From: Octopus vulgaris
Lineage: Eukaryota
DNA length: 64,000 nucleotides
NCBI GenBank assembly: GCA_951406725.2
Contig: OX597819.1
Location: 48,174,001 to 48,238,000 of the forward strand
Direction: 5' to 3'
Shown: positions 40,336 to 54,684 of the stretch, in pieces
Layout of the letters: each line of letters starts with the position of its first letter
Position numbering within the stretch: position 1 is the stretch's first letter
Notes under the pieces: model-generated
The model's input: the letters and a program-made list of their open reading frames with translations, nothing else
The model's database searches: none
Told to the model about the DNA's origin: nothing
Translations under genes and position numbers: made by a program

Positions 40336-40918
40336 GAAACACTTTAATAAAAAATAGTTATACAATATTTATAGAAATTTTAAAATATAATAGTAGCAAA
40401 AATATTAAATTTTGTAAAATCTAAAATTAAAGTCACAGAAATGTCCTCCTCCAGAGTGCTTAAATCTGCTATGACTTCCTAATCTACAATAATGAAGCTT
40501 ATGCGTTTAAGTGAGATGTCGCCAATAACTGAAATACTTTCAAAAGCAAAGGAAAAAACTATATTTACAATAATTCTGCAGCATTACCATTCTTAGCTTA
40601 TCATCTTGATCAAATAATGAGAAAAACAATTATATAAACAATTTGAGAGGAAATAACATGTTAAATGCTTTTCATTCTTCATATACAATATATATATATA
40701 AAAGAGAGAGAAAGGGGTTTAAAATGTTTTTCTAACACTATCTAATAATAAAAATTAAAAAAACAATTCTGCAGACAGTTTCAGAAAATTAATTTTATCA
40801 TTAGTTTATATATAATCTCAATCAGTATATTACAAATGATGTGTAATGCAAACACAAAAATTAAAGAGTACTCAATAGAACAAATAGAGTAAATATCACC
40901 ATTAAATGACTGCTTAAA

Positions 40919-41075
40919 TTGACTATTTTCCTCCATCACTTCAAGTTTCACACTGAACAGCAATCTTCAGATAGTGTATCAGCTGAGGAGTATCTTGAGA
41001 TATTCGTCAAGTGATATGCTATTCAGAGATGATTGTCACCTAGCATGAAACTTGAAGTTATGAGAAAATAGTCAA
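40919..41075. repeat. ~157-bp imperfect palindrome (hairpin/MITE)
   Basis: ttgactattttc..cttcaagtttca ... tgaaacttgaag..gaaaatagtcaa. Confidence 0.7.
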
Positions 41076-41289
41076 CTGAAACAAATATATATATATATAT
41101 ACACACACAAACATAATAATAATGATATTAGGGAATATTATTCCAAACTTACAGAGAAAAATTCTATCTAGTAATACTAAATCAAATTTCACAATATATA
41201 ATATGTATATAAATTAGAAAAAAAATCACCTTTTATCAATTCATTGTTGAATTGATAAAAAGTGGGTTTTTTCTAATTTATATATTTTA

Positions 41290-41691
41290 TATCTTTATCT
41301 TTCTTTATCTTTTACTTGTTTCAGTCATTTGACTGCGGCCATGCTGGAGCACCGCCTTTAGTTGAGCAAATCGACCCCGGGACTTATTCTTTGTAAGCCC
41401 AGTACTTATTCTATCGGTCTCTTTTGCCGAACCGCTAAGTGACGGGGACGTAAACACACCAGCATCGGTTGTCAAGCAATGCTAGGGGGACAAACACACC
41501 CACACATATATATATATATACATATATACGACAGGCTTCTTTCAGTTTCCGTCTACCAAATCCACTCACAAGGCATTGGTTGGCCCGGGGCTATAGCAGA
41601 AGACACTTGCCCAAGATGCCACGCAGTGGGACTGAACCCAGAGCCATGTGGTTGGTTAGCAAGCTACTTACCACACAGCCACTCCTGCGCC
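41290..41691 (-). mobile_element. tRNA-derived SINE (Octopus-type), well-preserved CpG-rich copy
   Basis: A-box TGGCTGTGTGGT and B-box GGTTCAGTCCC head, central microsatellite, tail gactgaaacaagtaaaagataaa. Related copies at 1-180, 300-480, 21213-21310, 49750-50127 and 54685-55045. Confidence 0.8.
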
Positions 41692-41723
<32 letters not shown>

Positions 41724-42485
41724 CATAATCTTGTTTGCATGTAAGGGACTAAAAATATAAAATATCACAGTATATGCAAGGAAGGATTTAAGTAATGAAC
41801 AATAGCTATTTTCCAAAACTTAAAAAACAAACTATATCTTGACTTTTTGTCTGTCTTTGTTTGCCTGTCTCCCTCTCACACACACACACACACACAGACA
41901 TTGCATAACAATACAACTTTAATGACTTGGCATGAGCACAAAAAAAAACCAATGATGTCCACCATATTAGCTTACTTCAATTAGATGCAATCAAATTAAT
42001 AGCATTTAGTCTTTACCAACTCACTTGGCTCACTAAACAAACAAACACATTGAAAAGCAAACAAATACATGACATCATTTTGTAGCAAAAACAAATTTAT
42101 TCTTTGCATCTTCTACTACCCAAATAAAATGCATTTTATTTCACACTGTATAAGAGGCAAGAAACTACTGTAAAATGATGAAACAAAAGTAATAGTGACC
42201 AATATGCGATCAGCTTGAAATTGTATCTAATTGTTAAATAGTTAGGTTAAAATCACGATTGAAATGACTCATTAACATAATAGACAGCAAACATTGAAGG
42301 ACATAACCTTGTACTAGGAAGACTGTCTTTTTGCAAACAAAATGCCATGCTAATACAGATAATTAGATAAGTGTTATTAGATGTACATAATAGGTTCTAT
42401 CTACATTGTATCCTCACTAATTTCTTTCAACCTACAGTAGTATTGGTAGACATGTCACTAGACCATTTTAGAAACCTACTTATAT

Positions 42486-42845
42486 AGGTTCAGGAGTGGC
42501 TCTGTGGTAAGTAGCTTGCTTACCAACCACATGGTTCTGGACTCAGTCTCACTGTGTGACACCTTGGGCAAGTGTCTTCTACTATAGCCTTAGACCTACC
42601 AAAACCCTGTGAGTGGATTTGGTAAATGGAAACCGAAAGAAGCCTGTTGTGTGTGTATGTGTGTGTCCACCATTGATTGACAACTGATGTTGGTGTGTTT
42701 ACATCCCAGTAACTTAGCAGTTCGGCAAAAGAGACTGATAAAATAAGTACTAGGCTTACAAAGAATAAATCCTAGGGTCAATTTCTTCAACTAAAGGTAG
42801 TGCTCCAGCATGGCCACAGTCAAATGGCTGAGACAAAGGAATAAA
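42486..42845 (+). mobile_element. tRNA-derived SINE, same family as 41290-41691, opposite orientation
   Basis: caggagtggctctgtggtaagtagcttgc head, ggcaagtgtcttct core and the same tail. Confidence 0.8.
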
Positions 42846-42934
42846 AGAATATTACAAGACATGATTTAGTTAAATTACAGATATCAAATACATGAAATGG
42901 TTTTTTTTTAGTACTATCATTATTATTATTATTT

Positions 42935-43480
42935 ATTCTTTCTATCTCAGGTTTTGTTGTAACTCATGGAGTTTTGCATGCATAGTGGGCTTGCTGCCTG
43001 CAGCCAAGGGTACCATGCTATCTGTTCTTTGCAACTATCTAATAGTTTCCTGATTATTCTAGCCGTGCCAAGCAGACAAACCTTTTGTAACAGTTCTACT
43101 GGGCACTCTATTCTGATTTCCTTTATATTCCTCGATGCCTTCTGATACTGTCCCAAGGAACGAATAATAATTGGCACTATCTTCACCCTCTTCATTTTCC
43201 ATAGCCTTGCTCTTTTGTACTTAAGAGGATTGTATATATCTATTTTTCGCCTGCCTGCTTGACTATTCGTGGATCCAAGGGGAATGCAACATCAACTATA
43301 TGGCACAGTCTGTTATACTCTAGCACCTGATCTGTTTGGATTGGAAAATCAGAGATGATTTTGCAGGTCTTTGACTGTCACTCTCTGTAGTTTGTGCTCA
43401 TACTATGTCTTGCTTCTCTCTAGCCCCACTTTGTGCACAGTTTCCAATATAGCATTTTGCTACCTCATCATGTCACCACA

Positions 43481-43484
<4 letters not shown>
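42935..43484 (-). mobile_element. R4/Dong-like 3' fragment
   Basis: ORF 42947-43195 VKIVPIII..LQKVCLLGTARIIRKLL; (TTA)n on both flanks. Confidence 0.78.
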
Positions 43485-43512
<28 letters not shown>

Positions 43513-43513
43513 A

Positions 43514-43740
43514 AGTGGCTAGCTAACAGATTTGTTAACATGTTAGACAAAATACTTAGCAGGATCTCTTCCTGCACCTTAAGTTACGAGTTCAAATCCT
43601 GCTATGGTCAACTTTACATTTCATCATTTTGGGGTCTATAAAATAAAGTACCAGTCAAGTACTGCAGTTGGTGTAACTGACTTCTACTTCCCTCGAAATT
43701 GCTGGCCTTATACAAAAATTAGAATTATTATTATTATTAT
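43514..43740 (+). mobile_element. SINE family with gagttcaaat..ggtcaacttt..tttcatc core (other copies 8990-9203, 57720-57930, 59930-60133, all minus)
   Basis: Mutual similarity across copies; often adjacent to (TAA)n/(TTA)n. Confidence 0.65.
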
Positions 43741-46177
43741 TTGATTTGCTTTATAGCCAGAAAGTTTTTTTGACTTCAGTTTCATCAGAAAGAGCATTGA
43801 AAATTAGAAACATTAAAGAGAAAATTAGTATTGATTTCATTTAAATACAATTCAACTATTTGATTGATTTAATGATCTAATTTTCATGCATATATAACAA
43901 AGTTGTATAAAATATGCGACCAAAATATCAATGATAAGACAGTACCACTTTAAAAAAAAATTAGAGTATTAATAGGTTGATCAGATAGATTATAAACCTC
44001 TCTACTGAAAGTATATTTTAGTCATCTTTTAGTCTATGAGCAAACACACTTTGGGTTATATGTAGAGTTTGGTCCCTAAAAATGATTGAAGAATAGAGCA
44101 AGTGAAGCTTGGTGTAGATAGAAATAGAAAATTGACAATAATGTGATGAACCTATATTGTTTCAGTAATAATTCATCTCAAAAACAAAGGCATAAAAGAA
44201 TGGTGCAATCAGCCTCAATGGGATTTGAAATCTTAATGTAAAGGCATATTTTCAGCACTGTACCTATCCTACCATTCACATGTAATAAATAACATAAAAT
44301 CACACATACATACAAAAGAGATGGGATGTCCAGGTAATTAAAGTAGTACACAAGAACTCAATGTTAAAAACAGAATATTGCATATGAATGAATTATTAGA
44401 TTCATTCATAATATCTGTATTCACAAGACTGTGTTGGCCTCTCACACCCACCCTACAATGTCATTCTGAAAACAATCACATCATCAAAATCTCTGAGTTA
44501 CATGATACAGCATGATTAATTCAAAACAATATGAACAATTGAACATTATATTTGACAGTGTAATCTGAATACTAAAGGATACAACAATACTTTGTGGAGG
44601 TTGCAGTTACCATACAATAATGCCTTTCAACAAATATTACCACAATCAGTTGTTCAGTATCATCAATGAGTAATTAAAACAGTGAACATACTTAGAGTTA
44701 AGATTTCTGCTGTCACATATGGAACTAAACCATGAATTATGTCTTTTTATGAAGTTTTTATAACACTGAGAATTCAAATAGTTGCATTTATATAATACAA
44801 AAAATATGCAGTAGCCAAATAAAAAAAATATTTATTCCATTTAGTTTTATTTTGATGCATATATACATCTAGAAATTTACATAATATTGAGGTCTGTTTC
44901 TTTCTTTTGTTCTCTTACCGTTTTTACCAATATATATATATATATACATATATAGACATTATTTCATTACAAGGTTAATTCTAACATCATATACTTTAAA
45001 CATTCATTCTATATAGAACAGATTTCTTATAAAAGGTAAGAAAGAATCAACTCCCATTTTAATTCTGTATATATTTTCTGTTTGTATTGATAAGATTCTC
45101 AATGACAAAAATCTTTTCAGTACTCTGTTTATAGATTCAAACATTTTGAGGTAAAAATATCTTTTAAAAAAACCCACAAAAATGTAGGTTTTAGGTAATC
45201 TAAGATGGATATCTCTCATCAAGATAATTTTTGCAGACACCTAAATATTTGATAATCTATAAAAGCAAATGATATCAAACTTTCCCTTAAAAAAATCTTT
45301 TCAGCATTTGCAGAAGCATCACAACTGCATTAGAATTTTGTATGAGTAAAATTAATTTATTTTTGTTTGCTTCTTTCTTATTTTTTTTTACACAGTTCAA
45401 TCATGCTAATTGTTACTTAATTCTAGTGGCAGTTATCAAACAAAAATATGCATCACCAACTTTAAAAGCAAAAACTTATTAGGATGAATAGGGATTTGCT
45501 TTCAGCTGAGTTGTAGCAAAAGCATTTACTATTCATCATCATCATCGTCGTTTAACATCTGCTTTCCATGCTGGCATGGGTAGGACGGTTTGACTGAGGA
45601 CTGGTGAGCCAGAAGGCTGCACCAGGCTCTTATCTGATCTGGCAAAGTTTCTACAGCTAGATGCCCTTTCTAACACCAACCACTCCAAGAGTGTAGTGAG
45701 TGCTTTTATGTGCCACCGGCACAAGGGTCAGTCAGGAGGTTCTAGCAACGACCACGCTCAAAAGGTATTTTTTTTACATGCTACCTGCATGGGAGACAGT
45801 CCAGCAGCACTGGCAACGACCATGTTTGAACATTGTTCTTTTATTTAATGCTATCTACTGGTTGAAAGCTAGCTTAAAACTGAAGAATTAAAAACTTTAA
45901 ATGTTTATACAACTTCCTAAATTGAGTGAACCTTCATGAGCCCTACTTTTCTTAATTTAGACATTATTGTAAAAATGCATGTGAACTGTGCATGAAAATA
46001 GAGTTCATGAACCAACCAATTCTTCAAAAGTGATAGAACAATCCTCAGAACCCCTAAACAATTTGTTCATTTTGTTTTTTCTTATTCAAATCCATCTTTG
46101 ACATTTTCTAACACACAAAATGTTGTCATATGTAGATTTCATACAAAACACTGTTGATGTCTTGCATATATTACTGA

Positions 46178-46251
46178 TACACAGTAGCCCAAAAGTCATG
46201 CTATCATTCAATCTATATTAATAGGTAGCACAAGTTTTGGGCCACCCTGTA
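46178..46251. mobile_element. Tc1-like miniature inverted-repeat element
   Basis: Imperfect TIRs related to TACAGGGTGGCCCAAAA. Confidence 0.45.
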
Positions 46252-47147
46252 TTATAAATATTGATGTTAGAACACTGAAACAAGTGAATGTAACCTTCAG
46301 AAAACGTAGGATTTAAGACTGGGTTTATCTTAAATCATACTCTGGAAAATGATACCATGAGATCACACATACAATTGTGTAGTGGCGCTAATAAATATAT
46401 TCCTAAAGCTCTAATAGGTCATGATACCACAATGTCACTTTGGTATAAACATTTGCATAAACTCAGGAAGGATGCAGACTGCAAATAATTTTGGGGCTGT
46501 AAAAAATGATTATTCTACTCCCTATTATGGCTCTCAACTAAACTGTGGGAATCAAGGACCTGATGAAACTGGAGTTGATTGTATCAGCTGCACGAAAAAT
46601 TTAGGTTTTAAGCACAAATATTACTAAAAACACAAATATCATGTTTCCATTGAAACAAAAATGACTTTCTGTGAAGACAAATGTATTAATGTTTATACTC
46701 TAAAATCAGAAAAAGAGATATTTGAGACAACAAAATTGCAAATACATAATAAAAATGATAAAGTAAATAAATATAACTTTTTCTTTCAAATCTAAAGAAT
46801 AATCATGGTAATGTTAGAAACAAATGTATGAAACTATTGTGTATTTCCAACAGTGTGTAAACAAATGAAATCTTGAAAGTTTCCTGCCACTGTTCCCACT
46901 CTAAAATAATCAATGGATTTTAAAATGGAGGAATTGTGATTCAATAAATACATAGCAAATTTGAATAAGTTCAAATGTAGAGAATTTTTGTAAAATTTGA
47001 AAATTTTATGAACTGATTTTAACTAAATCAGACTGCCATTTGTTACCTCGGATTCTAGTTTTTATTTACAAATTATATCTCTTCTGATTAAATAGCAACC
47101 CCTGACATTTAAAAAAAAATTTAAATAATGATTTATTTGTTCATCTA

Positions 47148-48019
47148 CTGTTATACTTGGAGGAGATGGTCATATTTTGCCAATTAAAGATAATAAGCAT
47201 TATATGTTTCGTCTTTATTTCAGCTTTATTATTATTTTTGTTTCTTTGTCAAATTTGTGTCACACATCCTATGACTCTTTATTCCATGTGTGTCCTCTTG
47301 TTCTGCTTATCCCATTTTCCGCTCTTTCATCACACATTCTGTGACCTCTTCAGTGATTCTTTATCCTACTTATCCAGCTTAGTTCATTTTTTATTGAAAA
47401 TGGACTGAGTAGGACAAGAGGAGACATATGGGATAAAGAGTTGCTGCTGAAGAAGTCGCAGGGTGTGTGACAAAAGAGCTTTGACAAAGAAACAAAAATA
47501 ATAAAGCTGCAGTAAAGATCTTATACAAGGCACAAAGAAGCCAGTACCATTTTCAAACAGCAAGATTTCGCCTGCAACCATTACCATACACGAGACAAAA
47601 ACGAGATCTTGCCTGCAACCATTTTTTAGGGAAAAGACAACATTTTCCCTCTCATTCTTTTCACACTGATGCCGAGCAAGACTTCGAAGCCAGGAGCTCA
47701 CAGTGGACTTTTGTCCCACTGTGATACCATATGCATTGTCTCCAGAGGTTATTGAATCTCGTGTGTATGGGAGAGAAGGCTAACTACACACAGCTGTGAA
47801 GATGGTTACTGAAAGCAAACCCCTTGTATGAAGCACCTCTGAATAAACAGTTATTGAATTTACTCCGCTCGTATTTCCTACTCCTTGAATCAACAGAATA
47901 ATTATAATGGAAGGAGATATCACCAAAGTATCATAAAAACCTTCCTTCCATTGTAGATCAAATATATAGCATGTGTGTGTGTTTAATTGGCAAAATATTA
48001 CCATCTCCATGTATAGCAA
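47148..48019. mobile_element. ~870-bp non-autonomous TIR element with TA flanks
   Basis: ~40-bp imperfect TIRs (ctgttatacttggaggagatggtcatattttgccaattaaa versus the reverse complement at ~47979-48019); TA at 47146-47 and 48020-21; no transposase ORF. Confidence 0.7.
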
Positions 48020-49938
48020 TATCTGTTTCAACACACGATTTCACATCAAGAACCATGTGAAACAAATACATAAATGTAATATTAAATAAGTTGGTCATCA
48101 GCCATTTATTAATCACAAAAACAAAACTAATATAAAAAGAAAATTAATAAATAAATTGATAATACATTAAAATTAAAAACATTAAACATATACTTAAATT
48201 AACATATTAGAATGTTAAGTAGTGTAAGTAAATCCTGCATGCAAAGCATGTGATCCAACACTGCTATGTCTGCTCTCACTAAACAAAACAAAAAAATAAT
48301 AATAATAATCCTTTTTAATGATGATTTTTATCTTGGACGTAGGGTTAGATTTTTATGGGGCAGGTGTGGTCAATTTTATTGATCCCTGTATTTTGGCTGA
48401 TATTTGGTTTATCTGCTCCAAAGGATAAAAAGTGTAGTTGGCTTCAGTATTAAGCTCAGTATATAACAGCATTGGTTTTTTTTTCTCTCCTCACTAGACT
48501 ATTAGCTGTGAGTTAGTTATAATCACAGACTTACAGCTGTTATCAATTTCCTTTTTATCCCTGATAAAAGCAAAAAAATGCCCAGATAATTAGAGAATAA
48601 AATCTACCTCCTATAAATGTTTTAGAAGCAAAAACTTCCTCTACTTTTATAAAAAGTTACATTGTACATAAAGAATATTACATAAAATTTATGAATCCCT
48701 AAAGAATAAAATAAAATAAAGTTGTTAAGTTAAGAAAAAAAATGGGAAAAAGCAAGACACGTGGAATGAATATTTAACTCTAAGTTTTATAAAGACAGTG
48801 TTTCACACGCAGACTATATATAAGGCAAAAATAACATAGTGGGGGTCAATTACTAGTGTCTTCTGGGACATTTGAAGGACCTAATTAATAAAAGGATCTA
48901 TTCAAGAGGAAATTACTAAATTACTTCCACTTGCAATTTGATGCAGTTGGCATTTCGAGGATGGATCCAATCAGACTGGTTGTAAAAAGATAGAGATACT
49001 CATGGGACAATTCTTAAAAATATTATACTGAAATGAAGAGATAAAAATTCCTCTGAAAATATAGATTTAGAAATATATCAAAAGAAATCATTAATTCAGA
49101 ATGAGAAACAGATGAATAAAGAAGTCTCACATATGCAAAAATAATAATGTGCTCCCCAATAAATTTCATTCTTTAAAACCAAGAAAACAATAATAAAGAA
49201 AAAAAAAATATCATAGAAGAACAAGACATTAGCAAAAAAATATTAATCTACATAAATTATATGAATAATAAATAGAACAAAGTATTTATATCAGAAGTCC
49301 TTTAATTTTGATTAAGATTTAATTACTTTCATTCATGGAGACAGAATCAACAAAAAATAGAACTTAGAAAAAGAAAAAGAACATTTCAACAAATAACTTG
49401 GGAGGTTTTACTTGGAGAGATTGTTAAATATATGCAATTACATTTAGTTATGTAGTCATATTTAACATATTCTTATGCAGCTGGTCATGGAAAGACAATA
49501 TGCTGTACAAGTTATCTTGAAAGAAGAAATAAACTCCATGTCCAAATTTACATGAACATGTTAAATATAACTATATAAACTATATTTCATTCAACACTGC
49601 TTAATGCTCATCTAATTAGTATGCAATCATATTTAAATGAACATGCTTACACAGCTGGTAATGAATTTAGGAATGTAGGTTCAATTTTTACATGATTTTT
49701 AGCAAATTTCTTTTCTTTTCCATCCTTTTCTCTGTGTGTGTGATCTTTTACAGGGCATCACCATGAATTCTTTTTAGTCAAATAAATTGACCCCAGTATT
49801 TATTTTTTGTTAAGCCTGATACTTATTCTAGCAGTCTCTTTTGCCGAACCACTAAGCCATAGGATGTTAAGATAGCAGCACCAGCTGTCAAGCAGTGATG
49901 GGGGACAAATACAAACACACACACACACACAGATACAT

Positions 49939-49998
<60 letters not shown>

Positions 49999-51285
49999 TA
50001 CATATATGATGGACTTCTTTCAGTTTCTCTCAACCAAATCCACTCACAAGGCTTTGGTCAGCCTGGAACTATAGTAGAAAACTCAGAACCATGTGGTTGG
50101 GAAGCAAGCTTTTTACCACAAAGCCACAAATATGTTGTTTTAAAACATTCTCACTCTTTAATAAAGGACAGTAAAATTAATTTCTCACTATTGTAAGGAC
50201 TTAGGAGGTATTCGCTACACTGAGATTCATATATATATCTATATACCTATATCATCATCATCCGCTTTCCATGCTAGCATGGGTTGGACGGTTCAACTGG
50301 GGTCTGGGAGCCAGAAGGCTGCACCAGGCCCAGTTTGATCTGGCAATGTTTCTACGGCTGGATGCCCTTCCTAACGCCAACTACTCCATGAGTGTAGTGG
50401 GTGCTTTTTACATGCCAGACGAGTCTGGCAAACGGCCACGAACGGATGGTGCTTTTTACGTGCCACCGGCATGAGGCCAATATATGAAAGATATATAACA
50501 TCCAGAGAGCTAGGTGGTATTCAAGAAAGTTGAAAACTAACTTTCATTTAATATATTCAGCTTTTAGTAGCTCAATCATCTACTTATATGTACACAAACT
50601 TCCAAGTAAAATATAATAATTCTAACATCTTAAATCAATTTAACTGCATATATTTAAAATGCATGTGTGTGTGTGTGTGCGCGCGCGCGCTTTGAATTTA
50701 ACAACAAAAATTTTTTTTTATTTCCTATGAAACACAATTAGAGAATCTTTTTTATACATTATTATAACAGGAAAAAACACCCTGAAATAGTGAAATATAA
50801 ATTAATTCAAGTTGATAACATGCCAACAAGTTATTTATTATTTTCTGAGTACTCATTTCCATTTTATTTTTTTTTTCATTTAATTAATATATGTCATGAC
50901 CATAAATTTACACAAGAACCATTGGAGACAAATTTCATGTATCTAAAGTATTCTAGAATTCAAAATATAAACAATAAAAAGAAAATTCAGGTATAGCAAA
51001 AAAGCAATGCAGATACTAAATGATACTATACATTTTATGACCTAAATAAACTATATTAAGAAAGCATAATTTAAAATAGGTTGTTTTTTTTTTTCAATAA
51101 GAAAAAATTACAAATTTAGACAAATCAATTAATTCTATAACTAAAAGTTAAGTTGTGTGTTTAAAAATAAAAAAAACATGGCTGAAAAAGATGCTTTAAT
51201 ATTACATAGATAAGTTTCTTATTAAAAAAAAAATGTTATTTGAAATTAAGATAAATAATTACAAACAATAACTGAACCAACTTAC

Positions 51286-51370
51286 ACTGCTTTGAATTTT
51301 AGTGTTTGTAGCTATCCTCCTGTTTTCGGGAGTATCGGCAACTGAAGTAAATTTCGTAGTAGGATAGTGC
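51286..51370 (-). CDS. Lasp: Lasp exon: end of LIM domain plus first nebulin repeat (HYPTTKFTSVADTPENRRIATNTKIQSS)
   Basis: ctcag acceptor, gtaagt donor; 85 nt, phase 2 to 0. The translation resembles the LASP1 segment [28 protein letters not shown]. Confidence 0.92.
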
Positions 51371-54300
51371 CTGAGGGAAGAAAGAAAAGCATAAAAATTA
51401 TCTGAGAAACATTAAGTTTCCAAAGAAAGCTATGATCTTCAAATCTACAAATTATTCACCTGTTTCAGGCGTGAAAATATATTAACCCTCAAACATTCAC
51501 ATCATTCTGTCAAATGTCATGTTTATTTATTCACATTGTTTTGAATAATTAATTACATATTATCTCACAGCTTTGTGATTTTGAAGATGTGATCATTTAT
51601 TTTATAGCATGGTGTTGTAGCATGTGTGTGAGAGGCCAGATCTGGCCAGTTTAAATTACAATAAAATACCTGCCATGCCGCCATTTATCTCGAAGCTTCT
51701 GCTTGGAAGTTGCTTGTTCTATGCCAACCTACAAGTGGCCATCATATTTTGATTCTGTTTTATAGTCAAATAAAGCTCTCTGTTTGCAGATTTCTGTACT
51801 TTGTTAAACCCTGCATGCTTCTTAAAATCCCACAAAACACACATTTTCATATTTCCTAATCTACAAAAATTCAAACAAAACGTCTAAGTGGCTGAGACCA
51901 AAGTGCATTTCACCAAGTTTCTTTGGTCCCTCATTAGTATCAGTAGATACTCCTACTATTGTTGCTCAACATAGGGTTGGCTTTACTGGCCACTGTTATT
52001 GTAATGAACACAGGCCTTATCAATTATATTTTGAAAACTTTTGCAATCTAATAGAGAATGAAGACCACTTAACTACACTGTTGTTACTGGCTAACAAAAA
52101 CTCCCTAAACATACCATGCACCTAATTCCCCTGAGTATCACACCTTTCTAGATTAATTAGAGGAACTGCATGGCATCATAACTGCCAGTCCTTCCTTTCC
52201 ATAAGAAAAAGAAGAAAAAAACAGCATGCATAAAATCTATGTAAAATTTATTTAGTAGGCCAGACTTTCTAATTCTATTTAATGTTTGTCTGATTGCTTA
52301 GATCAGAGCAAAGCCACTTACTATTGTTGAGCATCTTCACCTCATTATAACAATTGAATAGAGATATTTAAATTATTACATTTACTTTGGCTAGACATAG
52401 ATAATTGAACTAACCTCCTGTTTTGTTTAGTAACTGTATGAAGCTGTAAAATAACACTCAACACAGTATAGTAAACTCACAAATAATAGCAACCTTGGGG
52501 ATTTTAAATGCCATTATTCTGAATTTCCTGTTGTCGAGTAAGCTTTGTTAGTCTATTTATTATGCAAATAAAAATGGGTACAGTAAATAAGAGTTACAAT
52601 ATAACGAATACTACTTTATTACTTGTTAAATACAAAGTTGCGGGTTGGTGAGGTGAAACTTTAAAAAACTGCAAGTGTAAAGAAATCAGCAAATAGCAGT
52701 TTTCTTCATTCTCTGACAATGTTTGAAAGGTGATGTTAGGCTTTGGTGGGGTTTTTTTTTTACCATTATTCAGGATATTATTTTGCCCTGACTGGTTGAT
52801 GATGATGATGATGATGAATGTATATGATAATTTTATTCTCTGCAATACCCACCATCATCATCATCATCATTTTTATGGCCATTTTTGAATTTACTTTAAA
52901 TCTTATAACTTAGCAAGAATGATAACAGCAACACACACACACATTTAAAGGGGGTTCCATGTAGTCTCCATTGACCAGATTCCACTCACTGGTTCATGGT
53001 CAAATTCTGGTATAGTGGAAAACATTTATCCAAGATGCTCTACAGTGGAATTAAACCCCAAACCATGTGGTTGTAAATCAAATTTCTTAACCATACATCC
53101 ATATTTGTGCCCAACTGTTGCAGATAGGTTTCTCAGAAAATGTACAACCTATTGTCAAATAAAGAAAATAAATCTATGTATACAATCAACCTGGAGCAAA
53201 ATTAACTCACAACCTATGAAATGAGAGCTTGATTGGAAGAATTTCGCCATCACTTGATCTCATTCAATTTCTTGTTTTCTTGCTTTCCTTTTACCTGACT
53301 CTTTTCATTATCAAACTCGTGAGATATTTGCATTTTATGTTCTTGCTCTCCTGTATACAGCGCTTTTCATGCTCAAGAACTGGTTTATTATTGTAAATTA
53401 CACTGCATATCATACACATTCACAAATTTCAAAACAAATTTTGAATGCTGAATTGAGGTCTTTACTCTCTGTGTTGTGTATGTGTGGGGTGTGGCAATGT
53501 GGAGCATGTGTGTAAAGATTGTTGGTAAACAAGGAATTTCTGGTATTAATGTTACTTTCTGAATAAAAATGGAAACTGTAAACATTGTTGTCATACTAGT
53601 TAGATATTTTGAAGAGAAAAATTTTTCTTTTTAAATAAGGAAGAATAAACTCTCCACCCCACCACTACCCCAAATAAAACACATTGTAAAAAAAACTATA
53701 GACTCTCAACAGAATATCTTAACATTTCATAAGAGGATGTATGATTGTAATTTTCTATAGAAACCCAATGACCAGATATTACAAGGAGTAACTACATGCA
53801 TACACACGAACATAGTGTTAAAGTTTGTTCCACCATGAAAATAGTTATAAACTAAATTAGAATGGCAGCAAAGCCTGAAAGTCCAAAGAATTGGCTGTTT
53901 ATTTGAAAGGAAACCACTAAAACTAGAAGTAGAAATGTAACCTATTAAATACTGCTCAGATATTTCTCATGACAAACATCATTTTAAATGCAATGTAAGT
54001 GGTCCTTAGCTACAAAGGTTCTAATACAGTTTAGACATCATTAGTGTGAAAACACTTATTTTAGACAGGAGGAGAGGGTCAATGAGTGAAATAATTTATC
54101 AAAGACAACCATTTCAATGGCATAATCTCTTAAAAATACACCGGATAGTCATTTCAAAATTATTTTTACATTTCAAATGTTATTCTATCTGGAGCTATTG
54201 ACTCAGCATACATGATAGGAGTTGTTAAACTCGATGTTTTACTAACTTTTATTTAAGCTGTAAAAAATTAAAAAATTTAAAAAGCGTCTATGCTTCTATT

Positions 54301-54684
54301 AAAATATATTTGCCAATGTGTTTCAATTAATCTTGAAAATAACCAACAATTTATCAGGACTTAGTAAAATAATTTTGTCACTATTAGGCTGATGTTTCTT
54401 GCATTATTAGGTCAGGTGTTTCTAGCTAAATATGACATTATTATGCACAATTCTTAAAACCAGATTTTGTATGTTAGAAGCAGTAGCAGTCCATGTCAAA
54501 AAGGTTAAGCCTATCTTCACAATACTTATTTGAGCAGGTGTATATTTGCTGGAGCAACTGATTTTTCAGTTAAATGTCTTCCCTGTTGTTAATAACCATT
54601 CAACTGTGAAACAGATGTAAACTGTTTTTGTTCAGTGCTTTACTCAGGGTACAATACAATGAAGTTATGATCTCATCGGTAACC

